From positions 8,494,001 through 8,558,000 of the forward strand of contig OX597827.1 in NCBI GenBank assembly GCA_951406725.2: DNA of 64,000 nucleotides, given 5' to 3'. This DNA comes from Octopus vulgaris (Eukaryota). Below the pieces are notes generated by a model. That model saw only the letters and a program-made list of their open reading frames with translations, had not been told where the DNA came from and searched no databases. Shown piece by piece: positions 24,407-37,194 of this stretch (its first letter is position 1; every line of letters begins with the position of its first letter). Made by a program: the position numbers and the translations under genes.

Positions 24407-25158
24407 GCACTTAACATATTTTTATCAAAATTATTGAGAATTTTTTTATTGAAGTTTTAAAGTATTTCTTTGATTGAGTTACTTATTAACGTTTTGATGT
24501 TAGAGTTTTAATGTATGGCTGTATGGTAAGAAGCTTGGTTTGTAGACAAGCTTCTTATATTCATATAATTTGCCACAAGGGCATTACATAGAAGGGAAGC
24601 TGCAGGCTGGACATTTACATTAATGAGATGAAAAGGTGAACGAAATTATGAGGAGCAAAACGACGCCCACCAATTGAAGCCCCTCAATAACACTGTTCTT
24701 TTTTCCTTTTTTCTTTTTATTTAAAAAACAAAAAAAAATACACACAAATGTGGTAATGAACCTCTTACATAGATTGAGATGCTAAGCCCCTTATCAATCA
24801 TCCCTGATCAAATCTCTTGCCACCTGCAGGCAATCCCGCAGCATCAAGTTGGGGACCCAGAAAAGATAATTACAATTTTCCTTCGGAAAGGAATCCGTTA
24901 TTTGGAAAAAATCCCTTTCTTCCATTACCAGCGCAGCCACCTGTGGAGGCCAATCTGGACTATCAATACAGGTCGAGTCCATCAGTACCCGACCTTCAAG
25001 AAAACTTTCTACCGAGTTGTCTACAAACCAAGCTTCTTACCACACAGCCATACATTAAAACTCTAACATCAAAACATTAATAAGTAACTCAATCAAAGAA
25101 ATACTTTAAAACTTCAATAAAAAATTTTCAATAATTTTGATAAAAATATGTTAAGTGC
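24407..25158. repeat. About 143 bp inverted duplication (24407-24549 / 25017-25158) around a 467 bp spacer
   Basis: The arms are near-perfect reverse complements, and the structure interrupts a minus-strand family A SINE. Confidence 0.9.
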
Positions 25159-25722
25159 AATCAGAGCAACAGTAGGAAATAAAAGTTTTATTGATAAATT
25201 TTCTTTTGTACTTATGATCTTCTAGGTGACCTGAGAGGGGTGGTTTTGTATCCTTTTTCATAGTTTTGAAAACCTGAGTTTTAATCAGTCCTTTATTTAT
25301 TGTTATTAAAAATAAGCTGTATATGACAGAATTTTACAACAGAAATGAATTAACTGGTAAACTTAAGCCAAAATGAACTTGAACTGAGTGAGTCTGAGAC
25401 AAGAGAGCTTGAACAGAGATAACTAGTGTGGAGCCAGTTTGAGCTAAGAGAACTTGAGCTGAAAGAATTTGAACTAAGAGAGTGTGAGCTAAGAGTGTTT
25501 GAGCTGAGAGAGAGAGAGAGATCTAAGAAATTTTGGGATTAGAGAACTTGAGCTGAGACATGTTGAGCTGAAGAAGACTAAGTGAAAAAACTTAAATCTT
25601 GATCAAAACGATTTTTACTGTAAATACTCTACCTTTATGAGGAAATGTTCTCTTGTGATTCTTAAACTGACTTTAAATAAAAGACAGTCTGTGTGTGTGT
25701 GTGTGTGTGCACTAAAACAAGT

Positions 25723-26120
25723 GGATCATTTCGGTTTGAATGGCAGTTTTTCTAGCGCTGTCATAGGAAATTGTCACCCATAATTATGACCCTAGTATCG
25801 ATCTATTGCATTTCAATCTGTTTTAGGGTTAGGGGTGGCAGGAAGGGTATCTTTTTTTCTTCAGAAATGTAAATAAACCCAATCTGTTTCTTAAACGAGG
25901 GACAGAATGTTTTCACCTCAATAGACGTCATTGATTGGTTGAAATTGCAGAAATTGAAGAAAAAAAAACAACAAATATCTTACAAACTATAGAATTTTCT
26001 CAATAAAGCCAAGAGAAAAAGATGTTTTATAAACACGTTCTACCAGTATACGAAGTTTAAAAGTGTTTATTTACGTGGAAATTATTTTTAAAAAAACTGC
26101 CGTTCAAACCGAAAAGATCC
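25723..26120. mobile_element. MITE with 28 bp TIRs (MULE- or Merlin-type)
   Basis: GGATCATTTCGGTTTGAATGGCAGTTTT / AAAACTGCCGTTCAAACCGAAAAGATCC. Degenerate 9 bp TSD AAAACAAGT / GGAATAAGT. Confidence 0.8.
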
Positions 26121-26846
26121 GGAATAAGTACTAGAAATAATCTGAAATAAAACTCATCTTATGTTTAGCTATCAACTGGAAGTAGATTCAATATATGAAA
26201 TAGTGAAGAAAACGAAGATTTTGGTCAGAAATCGTGATAAGAGATTAATCTATAACAAGCATTTAAAATCTGAAAAGTTTTCGGAAAAGATATTTGAAAA
26301 ACGCATGAAGTCGAAACAAGCCAAGAGGAAACAACTCATGTCAAACTAAAATCAAATTTGCTTATACAGCAATGCTTTTTAATCGGAGCTGGAATCGAAT
26401 GCAGAAATCTATGTTCGTGTGTTCGCTGGGGCATATCAGCACAAGGTGCTTTCTCTTGCTCTCCTTCGCTTCCTGTCCTCTGCCTCTTACTCCAAACACA
26501 CACACACGCACGCGCGCAGACACACGCGCTATCACTATCATTACAACTATCATTAGCTATCAAAACCACATTTCCATACCGGCTTTATTTTAACGATAAA
26601 CTTGCACACAACAGCATATTTTCGTGTGTCTTTCTCTATATCTTGTAGCATCTCATGTGTGAAGCGTAATGTTTTTAAGATTTGATCTAAATATCTTGTC
26701 CAGATCTCCTTCAGCCTATCTCTCCTTTGTGTACACTCCAACTCCAATCTCGTGACACTTTTTCCGCCCAGTACATATCATCGATTCACATGATATATGT
26801 GCGTATCACTACAGTCATCAAATCTTCCATTACATTTCATTCACTT

Positions 26847-26877
<31 letters not shown>

Positions 26878-27095
26878 ACCTTTGTTTCATTCTCTTTTTA
26901 CATCATCTCTCTCTCTATCTATCTCTCACTCCTTCTCTCTGTTGAGACCAAAACTGAACCGTCTCTTATCTCAACTTATATTTCTTAAAGTCAATGCCAA
27001 AGATATTTTTCTTCCTACTTATCACACAACACTCGTTTTCGTAAACACACACATATATTTATGTATGCATATATTTGGTGTGAGTGTGTGTGTGT

Positions 27096-27140
<45 letters not shown>

Positions 27141-27175
27141 CATATATATTAGAAAGTTTGGAGATGATGTACAGG

Positions 27176-27212
<37 letters not shown>

Positions 27213-27418
27213 AGAAAGTTTGGAGATGATATACAGGTATTTTATATTAGAAGAAATGAGGTACTCAGAAATTCGGATGGTTTTATATTTACAGATATTT
27301 ATTTGTATATTACATGTTTTTATACATCATATAACTTATATCACATATCATATATTAGCGCTTTCGTCCATTCTGGTGGACATATATATATATGTGTGTG
27401 TGTGTGTGTATATATATA

Positions 27419-27635
27419 TTCTTTTATTTGTTTCAGTCATTTAACTTCGGCCATGCTGGAGCACTGCCTTTAGTCGAGCAAATCGATCCCAAAACTTAAT
27501 CTTTGTAAGCCTAGTACTTATTCTATCAGTCTCTTTTGCCAAACCACTAAGTTATGTGGACATTAACACACCAGCATCGGTTGTCAACTGATGTTGGGGA
27601 GGACAAACACAGAGACACAAACACATATATAAACA

Positions 27636-27668
<33 letters not shown>

Positions 27669-27827
27669 GATGGGCTTCTCTCAGTTTCTATCTACCAAAT
27701 CCACTCACAAGGCCTTGGTCGGCCTGAGGCTATGGTAGAAGACACTTGCCCAAGGTACCATGCAGTGGTACTGAACCCGGAACCATGTGGTTGATAAACA
27801 ACTATTTATCACACACCCACTCCTGCA
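27419..27827 (-). mobile_element. Family A SINE
   Basis: Reverse-complement copy, followed at 27836-27988 by a family C 3' fragment. Confidence 0.88.
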
Positions 27828-28622
27828 TATATACATGTTAGGAAGGGCATCCTACCATAGAAACCATGCCAACTCAGACTGGAGTCTGGTGCATCTCGCC
27901 AGCTTGCCTGCCCCGGTCAAATTCTCCAACCCATGCATGCCAGCATGGACAACAGACGTTAAATGACGGTGATGATGATGATGATGATTGATGTGTGTTT
28001 GTGTGCATGCACCTGTGTGTGTGTCTGTATTATCGGCATCATTGTTTAATGCCCTGCATGGGTCAGAAGGAATTTGTTAAGGTAGATTGTTGTTATACAA
28101 CAGCAGTCACAATGCACTTCCAGTCTTCCCCTCATTGCAAATCTTTCTACTATTTGGGCCCTGTGACTTTGAATATGTCTTTGAAATGCTCTCCTCTGAT
28201 CTCTTGGCTACCAATCTACAACTGAATGAGTCTTTCTGCCAATTATAAGCTTTAAAACATGAGCAGTCCAAAATAACTTCTGCTTTCGGTATTTTGCAGT
28301 TATACCGCTTACTGCGTTCCATTCTCAAATTATTTTAGCTTGGATATTCTTCCACAATAACGTGCCTAGCAAGGATCTTACCATGGCTGCTCTGTATCAT
28401 AGTCAGTGTCTGTTTTTGTGTGGATATAAATGTGAAAGGCTGGAGGTTGGATACTATTGAAGAATTGACGAGATTGGTACATTTTTAATCAAGGCAAACC
28501 ACTTTGAACCTGCTTTTATTCTATTTGAGATTTTAACATTTACATCTTGACATATATTTATCATCTGCCCCAACTAAAATTACACTTTCACCTTCTTAAT
28601 TTCTTCACTTTCCTCAAAGAAC

Positions 28623-30235
28623 TAATTTACTTTATGAATTCACTTTCCCTCAACACATTATTTTAATAAGGGATACCTTTATCAAAGGTTGCATTATTCA
28701 ATAATAAATCAGAAATGATTTTACTCATATTACTTTTTACTTGTTGCAATCATTGAACTGCAACCATACTGAGGTATTACCTTGTGGGGGTTTAGTCAAA
28801 CAAATCAGCCCCAGTACTTCAATCTGGTATTTATTCAATCAGTCTCGTTCACCAAATTGCTGAGTTACAAGGTCAATTAAGAAACCAACACATGTTGTCA
28901 AACAGTGGGGCAATGGGTAATATAGATACAAACACATACACACACATACAAACACACACACTTTATTTTTCTATAGGTAATTTTGAGACCTACTTATGAA
29001 ATCTGGGTGTCAAGCTCTGCTAGCATGGTCAGCAGCTAATCTGAGGTTTCTGCAATATACATTATGTAATCTACAAATCAGATGGGTGTTGATAGATCAT
29101 GGTTGATGTTAACATATGGTAGTGGAAAATAAATGCCCACCTGGAGAAGTAGGGTGAATCTTTCATTAAAATGTAGAAAGTTATGTATCTTGATATACAT
29201 GATATATCCTCTCTTGGGTCCTTTGCCTATTATGTTCCAGTTAAAGTGGTCATCACTTTAACCAGGAACTATTACCCAATTATACAGTGCTAAAAGAAAT
29301 TTACAGACATTTCTATTTTTGTAAAAAGTTTTAACTGCTTTGTTTGGATAAGGTATTTCTCTGTGATGCACAGATTATAATGTTTGGGCCCAATAGTTTA
29401 TAAAGTACTATGATCCATAAATCCTCATATAAATGATACTTTACTTTTTACCTTAAATATATTTGAGAGCAAAACTGTGGCATTATGTTTCATTTCAAAA
29501 GAGTGAAGTATGATCAATATCACATTTTATAAATTTAACATATAAAATCCTTTGTAATGCTTCATCATAATTTTCTGACCTATAATTGAACCGATGAAGA
29601 ATTTGTTTAGCATTTCCAAATTAAAGGGCCATAACTTTTTATTTCTACAACATGATATTATCAGCAATTTTATTAGTTGACTCTTTTATTAGAATTTGTT
29701 TTATGCAGCTATTTACAGACCTTAAATTGATTCTATTAAATGATTTTCACTATCTATAATCAATAAGAAAATGTTCGATTATTAGGGCTAACTACTACTT
29801 TTCTTTATTTTGTGATATTGGATTTTATGCTTGAAGAGACGCAGATGTTAAACCAGATTTTTCAGTATCTTTACTTCATAAAACATTTTGGAAGTTTTGG
29901 TCTACAAGTAATTTACTTTATGAATTCACTTTCCCTCAACACATTATTTTAATAAGGGATACCTTTATCAAAGGTTGCATTATTCAATAATAAATCAGAA
30001 ATGCTTTTACTCATATTACCGTTTACTTGTTGCAATCATTGGACTGAAACCATACTGAGGTATTACCTTGTGGGGTTTTAGTCAAACAAATCAGCCCCAG
30101 TACTTCAATCTGGTATTTATTCAATCAGTCTCATTCACCAAATTGCTGAGTTACAAGGTCGTTAAGAAACCAACACCGGTCGTCAAACAGTTGGACACTG
30201 AGGTAATATAGATACACACACACACACACACACAC
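28623..30235. repeat. Local direct duplication of about 330 bp (28623-28960 and 29909-30235)
   Basis: About 110 bp of near-identical unique flank (TAATTTACTTTATGAATTCACTTTCCC...) plus the adjoining part of a decayed SINE occurs twice. Confidence 0.9.
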
Positions 30236-30473
30236 AGAGTCTCTCTCTCTCTCTCTTGCACTCTCTAACATAGACACGCATATGATGGGTATCCACACAA
30301 GGCACTGGTCAGCTTGGGGCTATTGTAGAAGACACTTGCTCAATGTGTTGCACAGTGGGACTGAACCCAAAGCCATATGGTTGCAAGGCAAGTTTCTCAA
30401 CCACACAGCCAGTGTTATCCTGTAATAACAGAAATAGGAAAATGTGCAACTGGACGCCTTCAAGTAGTTAGTT

Positions 30474-30998
30474 CATCATCATCACTATCATCATCATCAT
30501 CGTTTACCACCTGCTTTCCATGCTGGCATGGGTTGGACGATTTGACTGAGGGCTGGTGAACCATATGGCTGCACCAGGCTCCAATTTTGATCTGGCAGAA
30601 TTTCTACAGCTGGATGCCCTTCCTAATGCCAACCACTCCAAGAGTTAGTCAGTGCTTTTACATGCCACCAGCATGAGGGCCAGTCAGGCAGTACTGGCAA
30701 TGGCCATGCTCAAATGGTGCTTTTTATGTGCCACCAGTACAGGAGCCAGTCCAGCAGCACTGACAACAACCTCGTTTGAATGCTTTTTCACATACCACCG
30801 GCACAAGTGCCAGTAAGGCAATGCAGGTAACAATCACGCTCGAATGGTGCTTTTTACATGCCACCAGCACGGAGGCCAGGCGAGGCTGGCAAACGGCCAC
30901 GATCGGATGGTGCTTTTTACATGCCACCGGCACGGAGGCCAGGCGAGGCTGGCAAACAGCCACGATCGGATGGTGCTTTTTACGTGCCACCGGCACGT
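30474..30998 (-). mobile_element. Family C retroposon with 63 bp internal tandem units
   Basis: (CAT)n tail. Units starting ATGGTGCTTTTTAC at 30844, 30907 and 30970. Confidence 0.82.
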
Positions 30999-31099
30999 AA
31001 AAAAAAGACGGAAAGCATAGTCACAATCCTAAAAAGTAACAGGTATAAGAAACATTCCTTCAACCCAATTCCACTTGTAAGGTATTACAAAGTAGAAAA

Positions 31100-31330
31100 G
31101 GCAGCGAGCTGGCAGAATCATTAGCACGCCGGGTGAAATGCTAAGCGATATTTCGTCTGCCGTTACGTTCTGAGTTCAAATTCCACCGAGGTTGACTTTG
31201 CCTTTCATTCTTTCGGGGTCGATAAATAAAGTACCAGTTACGCACTGGGGTCGATATAATCGACTTAATCCTTTTGTCTGTCCTTGTTTGTCCCCTCTAT
31301 GTTTAGACCCTTGTGGGCAATAAAGAAATA
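31100..31330 (+). mobile_element. Family B SINE monomer
   Basis: 17 bp TSD TATTACAA(A/G)GTAGAAAA at 31083-31099 and 31331-31347. Confidence 0.9.
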
Positions 31331-32271
31331 TATTACAAGGTAGAAAACACTTGTCTATGGTGCTGTACAGTGGGATTGAACCTGGAGCCCTATGGCTGCA
31401 AAACAAACTTCCTACACCTATGACTATATTCTCAATTCAAATCCAATAAGAATCGACTTTCCACAATCTCAGGTCAGTCAATAAAACAAGTTCCATTTGA
31501 TTCAGCGAACCACATTCTCAGTTCAAATCCAGTAAGGATCAACTATGATCCCTCTAGGGTCAGTCAATAAAATAAATACCAATTGATTTGGTGAACTACT
31601 GTGTACTCTAGCTAGTTAGTAACTTGTGTATCTTTCATTGTCACTTTTGTGTAGTTCTTCGTATTTGTTCCCCTGCAAAATATCATTACTATAATTGGGA
31701 ACATGGCAAGTGCTGTTTTATAGCCGTAAGTTTTCAGTGAACTGAATCTACCACTTAATTTCAATTCTCTAATGAATCTACAATGAATCTACTCTCTGAT
31801 GTGAATGGTCCACTTCAGAAAAAAATATGAACAATTTCTTTTTCCCTACCTACTATTCCTCTTTAAAAAAAAACCCAAAGTTCTGATACATCATTCCTGA
31901 CAGTAGGAATCATTATTATAATTGATATAGTGTAAATTGTCAGTGAATAGGCATAGATATATGTATGACAAAACATTTGACCACTTAATAGTATATGTTG
32001 CTATTAACAGATGAAACAAATGTGACTATATTGTTATATATTTGTGTGAAGTAACTTTCACGATATCTCAGGACAACACAAGAGCATAAGTCAAGTCAAA
32101 TACTTGGTAAGCATGTACAATGCTAAGGTATACATGCACACACACACACACAATCATAAATTCATGGGGTATGAGAGATGAATATACATATATTTTTAAC
32201 CACATGATTTTCTTTGGATTACTAAGTGAATTGCTACGCAAGTTCATAAGATGAACTTTTTGTGACAGAGT

Positions 32272-32312
<41 letters not shown>

Positions 32313-32934
32313 TTGCTATTATGTTAAACTGTCGTATATCCAAATTTGGCCAAATACTTTTGTTTTAATATTTATTTTTGCTTGTAATGGCTGTTTCTTT
32401 TGGTCAGACTATCATATCTGCAGCTACTTCAAATGCCAAGATATCAAAATTGTCAAAGTGTAGTACAACAGTTTTGTTATGGAATGGTGAAACTATTATA
32501 TACAGAAACACTTATACATACATATTTATATGTATGTATATGTTTATATATACATTTTAGAAACTCAGCCTTTAACCTATCTCACATGAGTTTCATGCTA
32601 TTGTGATCTTCAGGTCAGAACTGCTGCAGCTCAGTTTTGGTGTGTATTTATATTCAGTGGTGTGGGTCTGTTTCTAAGTTTGTGTCTATTCATTGTTTTC
32701 GTTTTGTCTGTTCATTGTTTTCATTTTTGTTTTGTTTGTACACCCTTCCTGCAGGACAAGTGGTATGAACCAGCCAATATAAAGTGAGACGACATCAACC
32801 AGTATACAGTGTGGTGTGTTAGTCATTGTAGAGTTGTTGTATGAGATCTCAGTTGGAGTTAAGTGTCAGTTACAGGTTAATTGAGGTAGACTGTTCAAAG
32901 TGTTTCACTGTGTTAATATGTTTGTGTTTGTACA

Positions 32935-33921
32935 CTCAGTTTATGGGAAAGAATGCTTGAATGAAAGAACTTGCAGAAGAGCATTTGCAAAATTCAGAAG
33001 TAGAGATTTCAGCCCTAAAGATGAAGATCAAACAGGACATCCAGTTGAGTTTGATGATAAGCTCTTCGAGGCATTACTTGAAGAAAATCCTGCATTGTAT
33101 AGTTCAAACTATATAACTGTTCATTGTCACCTTCAACAACTTGGAAAGGTTCCTAAACTTGGAAAATGGGTGCCTCATGAATTGTTCGAAAGCAATCGCA
33201 AATCCCAAGTTGACATCTGCTCTTCTCTCCATTTGCGTGAACTCATTTCACCCTTTTTGGATAGACTTATGACTGGTGATGAAAAATAGATCATCTAACG
33301 AAATGTTAAATGTTGTAAACAGTGGCTTGGGAAAAGGGGAAAAGCTTGAACACAACTGAGAAGGGAACTTCATAGGAAAAAGGTTCTTCTCTCTATCTAG
33401 TGGGATTGCAAAGGAGTAATTCACTTGTTACCACCTAATGCAACAGCAATCAATGCTCAAGTCTATTGTCAGCAACTAGAGCATTTGAACCAAGCTTTGA
33501 AGGTAAAAAGACCCACTTTAGTGAATTGAAAAGGAGTGATGTCTTATCAGGAAAATGCATGACCCCACCCTGCAAAGATCTTATCACAGAAGATCGAAGA
33601 GCTTGGTTGGGAAAAAATTCCTCATCCATCTAATTCTCCCAACCTTGTTCCTTCAGAATACCATTTGTTTCGTAGTTTACAGAATCATTTGGGGAACATA
33701 ACTTTCACAAGCCAGGAGGTCGAAACTGACATTTCAGAGTTCTTCACTTTGAAACCAAAAGAGTTTTACATTGATGGGATTAAAAAGATTGTAAATAGAT
33801 GGAAGGAAGTCATAGATAATCTGGGAAAGTACATTGATGATTAAATTTCAATTAAATATAAAATTTGATCACTTGCTTTCTTTACTCAAAATTCGGACAG
33901 AACTTATGGGATGACCTGATA
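32935..33921 (+). pseudogene. Decayed mariner (DD34D) transposase with right TIR, 5'-truncated
   Basis: VYGKECLNERTCRRAFAKFRS, the WVPHEL motif, TGDEK, and SPNLVPSEYHLFRSLQNHL (YSPDLAP-like), with many stops. Terminal CGGACAGAACTTATGGGATGACCTGATA. Confidence 0.92.
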
Positions 33922-34990
33922 TATATGTGTGTATGTGTGTGTGTGTGTATACATAAACACATAGAAATGTTTTATCATTGCAATGAGTAATAAATTTTTT
34001 TAAACATGTAGTAAAAAGCTTCATTTTTTTTCCCCCAATATATTCAGCTATGTATACAGACTCGCTAAATTCCCTAAATGGCTAACCATCTTAATAAATA
34101 AATTTCTGGTATCATTGCAATAATGCACCTTCCTTGGAGTATATTCTACAAACAATACGTCGTGTGACTTGCTGAGTTTATACCACTTAACTATACAATT
34201 TAACCTTCACCCCCGCTACCACTAGCGACTAAAAGGCAACCCATAAATATGTTTTTAAAAATGTTTTATGAATAGTGTTACCCATAACTTTCCTCCTCCC
34301 CCTCCTCCTCCTCCTCCTCCTCTCCTTCTCCTTTCATTCATGTATGTATGTATTCACACAAGCACAAACATACACTCAGATGAATAAAACAATCAAGCGA
34401 TTAAACACACACATATGCGTGCGCATGTGCACACACACACACACACATATGTTCGTACATTCACGCATACGCATACAAGCAAATGAGTGCACAAACACAT
34501 ACATGCACATGATAAATCATACAAGCATACATATCCAAATATGCAACCACATAAACACATACATACACACACACACACACACATACATGCAAATACATAC
34601 TTGTGCACAAATACATACTAATACACACACACACACACACACACATATACAAATACACACATGCATATAATAAAATATTCATGCACGCAAACATGCACAC
34701 CTCCAAATATGTAAACAAATGACAACATACAGACACACTGAACTAGGTATACACACATATAAACCACTACATATATGCATGTAAATACACATACACCCAT
34801 GCACACACACACACACACACGTAAACAAAAATACACACATGCAAATACATACATGAACATAAACACGCATACCTCCAAATATGTAAACACATAAAACATA
34901 GAAACATACACATACACATGCAAATAAATACACATACACAGACAGATACATCCACACACATAAACAAACATACTCAAATACATACACAGC

Positions 34991-35022
<32 letters not shown>

Positions 35023-35192
35023 AACACACACATACCTCCAAGTATTCAAACACATAACATACTTATAAAACACTAACATAAAAACACATACAAATGCAGA
35101 AATGCATAGACATACAATGCAACACACATTCATACACATACACACACTCGCACAAATGCACAAACGCAAACGTATTAACACAGTGAAACACT

Positions 35193-35223
<31 letters not shown>

Positions 35224-35574
35224 GCGCATGAAGAAAACCCTCTGGACTATGAGTCTTTCAGCGGTGTTGGTTCAAGTTATCATTCTGCTATTTACTGTTA
35301 AAATGACATTATGTATATACATGTGTAAAAAAAAAAAAAATCATGGACAAAGTTCAAATGTGAAAGTGAAAGTAAACAACCAAACAAACAATACTAATAT
35401 AACAAAAGATAGTATATATATATATATAACAAAGATAATGGGATAATGAAATAATGTAATAGCAAATATAAATCTATTAGAACAGACATTATGTCAATTA
35501 GGAGCAATCAAAAGGAAGTGTAACGGCTTCCGGGAATATCAAAACTGGATTTGCGAACCCAAGTTCAGTGTGAT

Positions 35575-35638
35575 AATGATGACAATGATGACGACGATGA
35601 TGATGATGATGATGATGATAATAATTATAATAATAATA

Positions 35639-35670
<32 letters not shown>

Positions 35671-35823
35671 AAGATCATGATCACGATCATGATCATGATT
35701 TCTTTATTTGCCACAAGGGCATAAGGTATCAGATGATGGGAACACTACAAAGACAGTTTACAATTTGAGTTGAGGTTTACATAAAAGATAAAGGGGAATG
35801 AATTGAAAGGAGGATGAAATGAG

Positions 35824-35903
<80 letters not shown>

Positions 35904-35952
35904 AATAATGATGATGTTGATGATGATGATGATGATGATGATGATAATAATG

Positions 35953-35986
<34 letters not shown>

Positions 35987-36009
35987 TAATAATAATAATG
36001 ATAATAATA

Positions 36010-36058
<49 letters not shown>

Positions 36059-36120
36059 TAATAGTAATAATAATAATAATAATAATAATGATAATAATAA
36101 TGATAATAATGATAATAATG

Positions 36121-36151
<31 letters not shown>

Positions 36152-36236
36152 TAATAATAATAATGATAATAATAATAATGATAATGATAATAATAATAAT
36201 AATGATAATAATAATAATAATGATAATAATAATAAT
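35575..36236. repeat. (TAA)/(TGA)n compound microsatellites
   Basis: Direct inspection. Interrupted by about 120 bp of non-repeat at 35700-35820. Confidence 0.93.
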
Positions 36237-36571
36237 TCACAAAAATAACATACTCTACACAATATGCATCTAATAAAATAAACAACCCCCACCCACGATG
36301 TGTACTTTACAGGATGGATACCCAACAGAATAACATAACTCGCATTACACACACACAATATACAATAGAAACACTAATACAACAAAAAGCCTCGACCCAA
36401 ACCTCATAACAAAATAAACTGATGCAGTACAGTAACAGGTAGAGTTAGTACTCCCACACAACATCAAGGAAAACAAAAATACACAACGTTACACACCCCT
36501 TTAGGGCCCTGGCAATGTACAAGGTGATTTAGTAGAAATTTGCCTGAAACTATCAAATAACGATGATGATG

Positions 36572-36618
<47 letters not shown>

Positions 36619-37168
36619 TGATGCAGTACCAGGCAGTGGCTCACATGGCTTCTGATCTTAACTGATTGGAAGTGTTATCATGTACATTGTTTTGTCTTGG
36701 TATAAAAGATGGGCTACAGCAAATATTCTGCTCAATACCACAGATTTGCTTGTCAGTTGTTTGACCGTAACCCGTTGAGCATGTCCCTTAGTGGCTGACG
36801 ATATGTGCATCTCTGATCACGAGCAGAAGTAGTGGGGGAGCATCATAGCCATGTGTTGAGAGGGATTCTTTGGGGTTTGAATAGTTCACCTCTGGAAACA
36901 TGGGTGGTCTTTCAACATCCTTAAACAACCCTTATTCAGGGACCGTTTGAGCGGGATGGGCTACTCAACCTGAAGAAAATTCTAACTGGGCCCCACCTGC
37001 AAGGTCATGTGCTGTTTATCTTGATATGAGATCACCATGTCGCACACATATGGTTGTGATGCATGTGCCTGGTGTACCTTTATCAGACAGGTAGTCATGA
37101 TGGGTATATTGGGCTTCGTATATTTTACCCCAGTGTCACTTTGATAGCATGAACTGCTCTCTCACTCA
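36619..37168. mobile_element. About 550 bp unclassified insertion within a (TAA)n tract
   Basis: GC-richer block with sharp ends, in-phase (TAA)n on both sides, no TIR. Confidence 0.5.
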
Positions 37169-37194
37169 ATAATAATAATAATAATAATAATAAC

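Noticed and set aside
28050-28500. Possible decayed RTE ORF on the minus strand
   Set aside because: Too degenerate to read diagnostic motifs by eye.
32900-33289. Functional SETMAR-like or transposase gene
   Set aside because: No SET domain, N-terminus missing, stops and frameshifts downstream. Called as a pseudogene.
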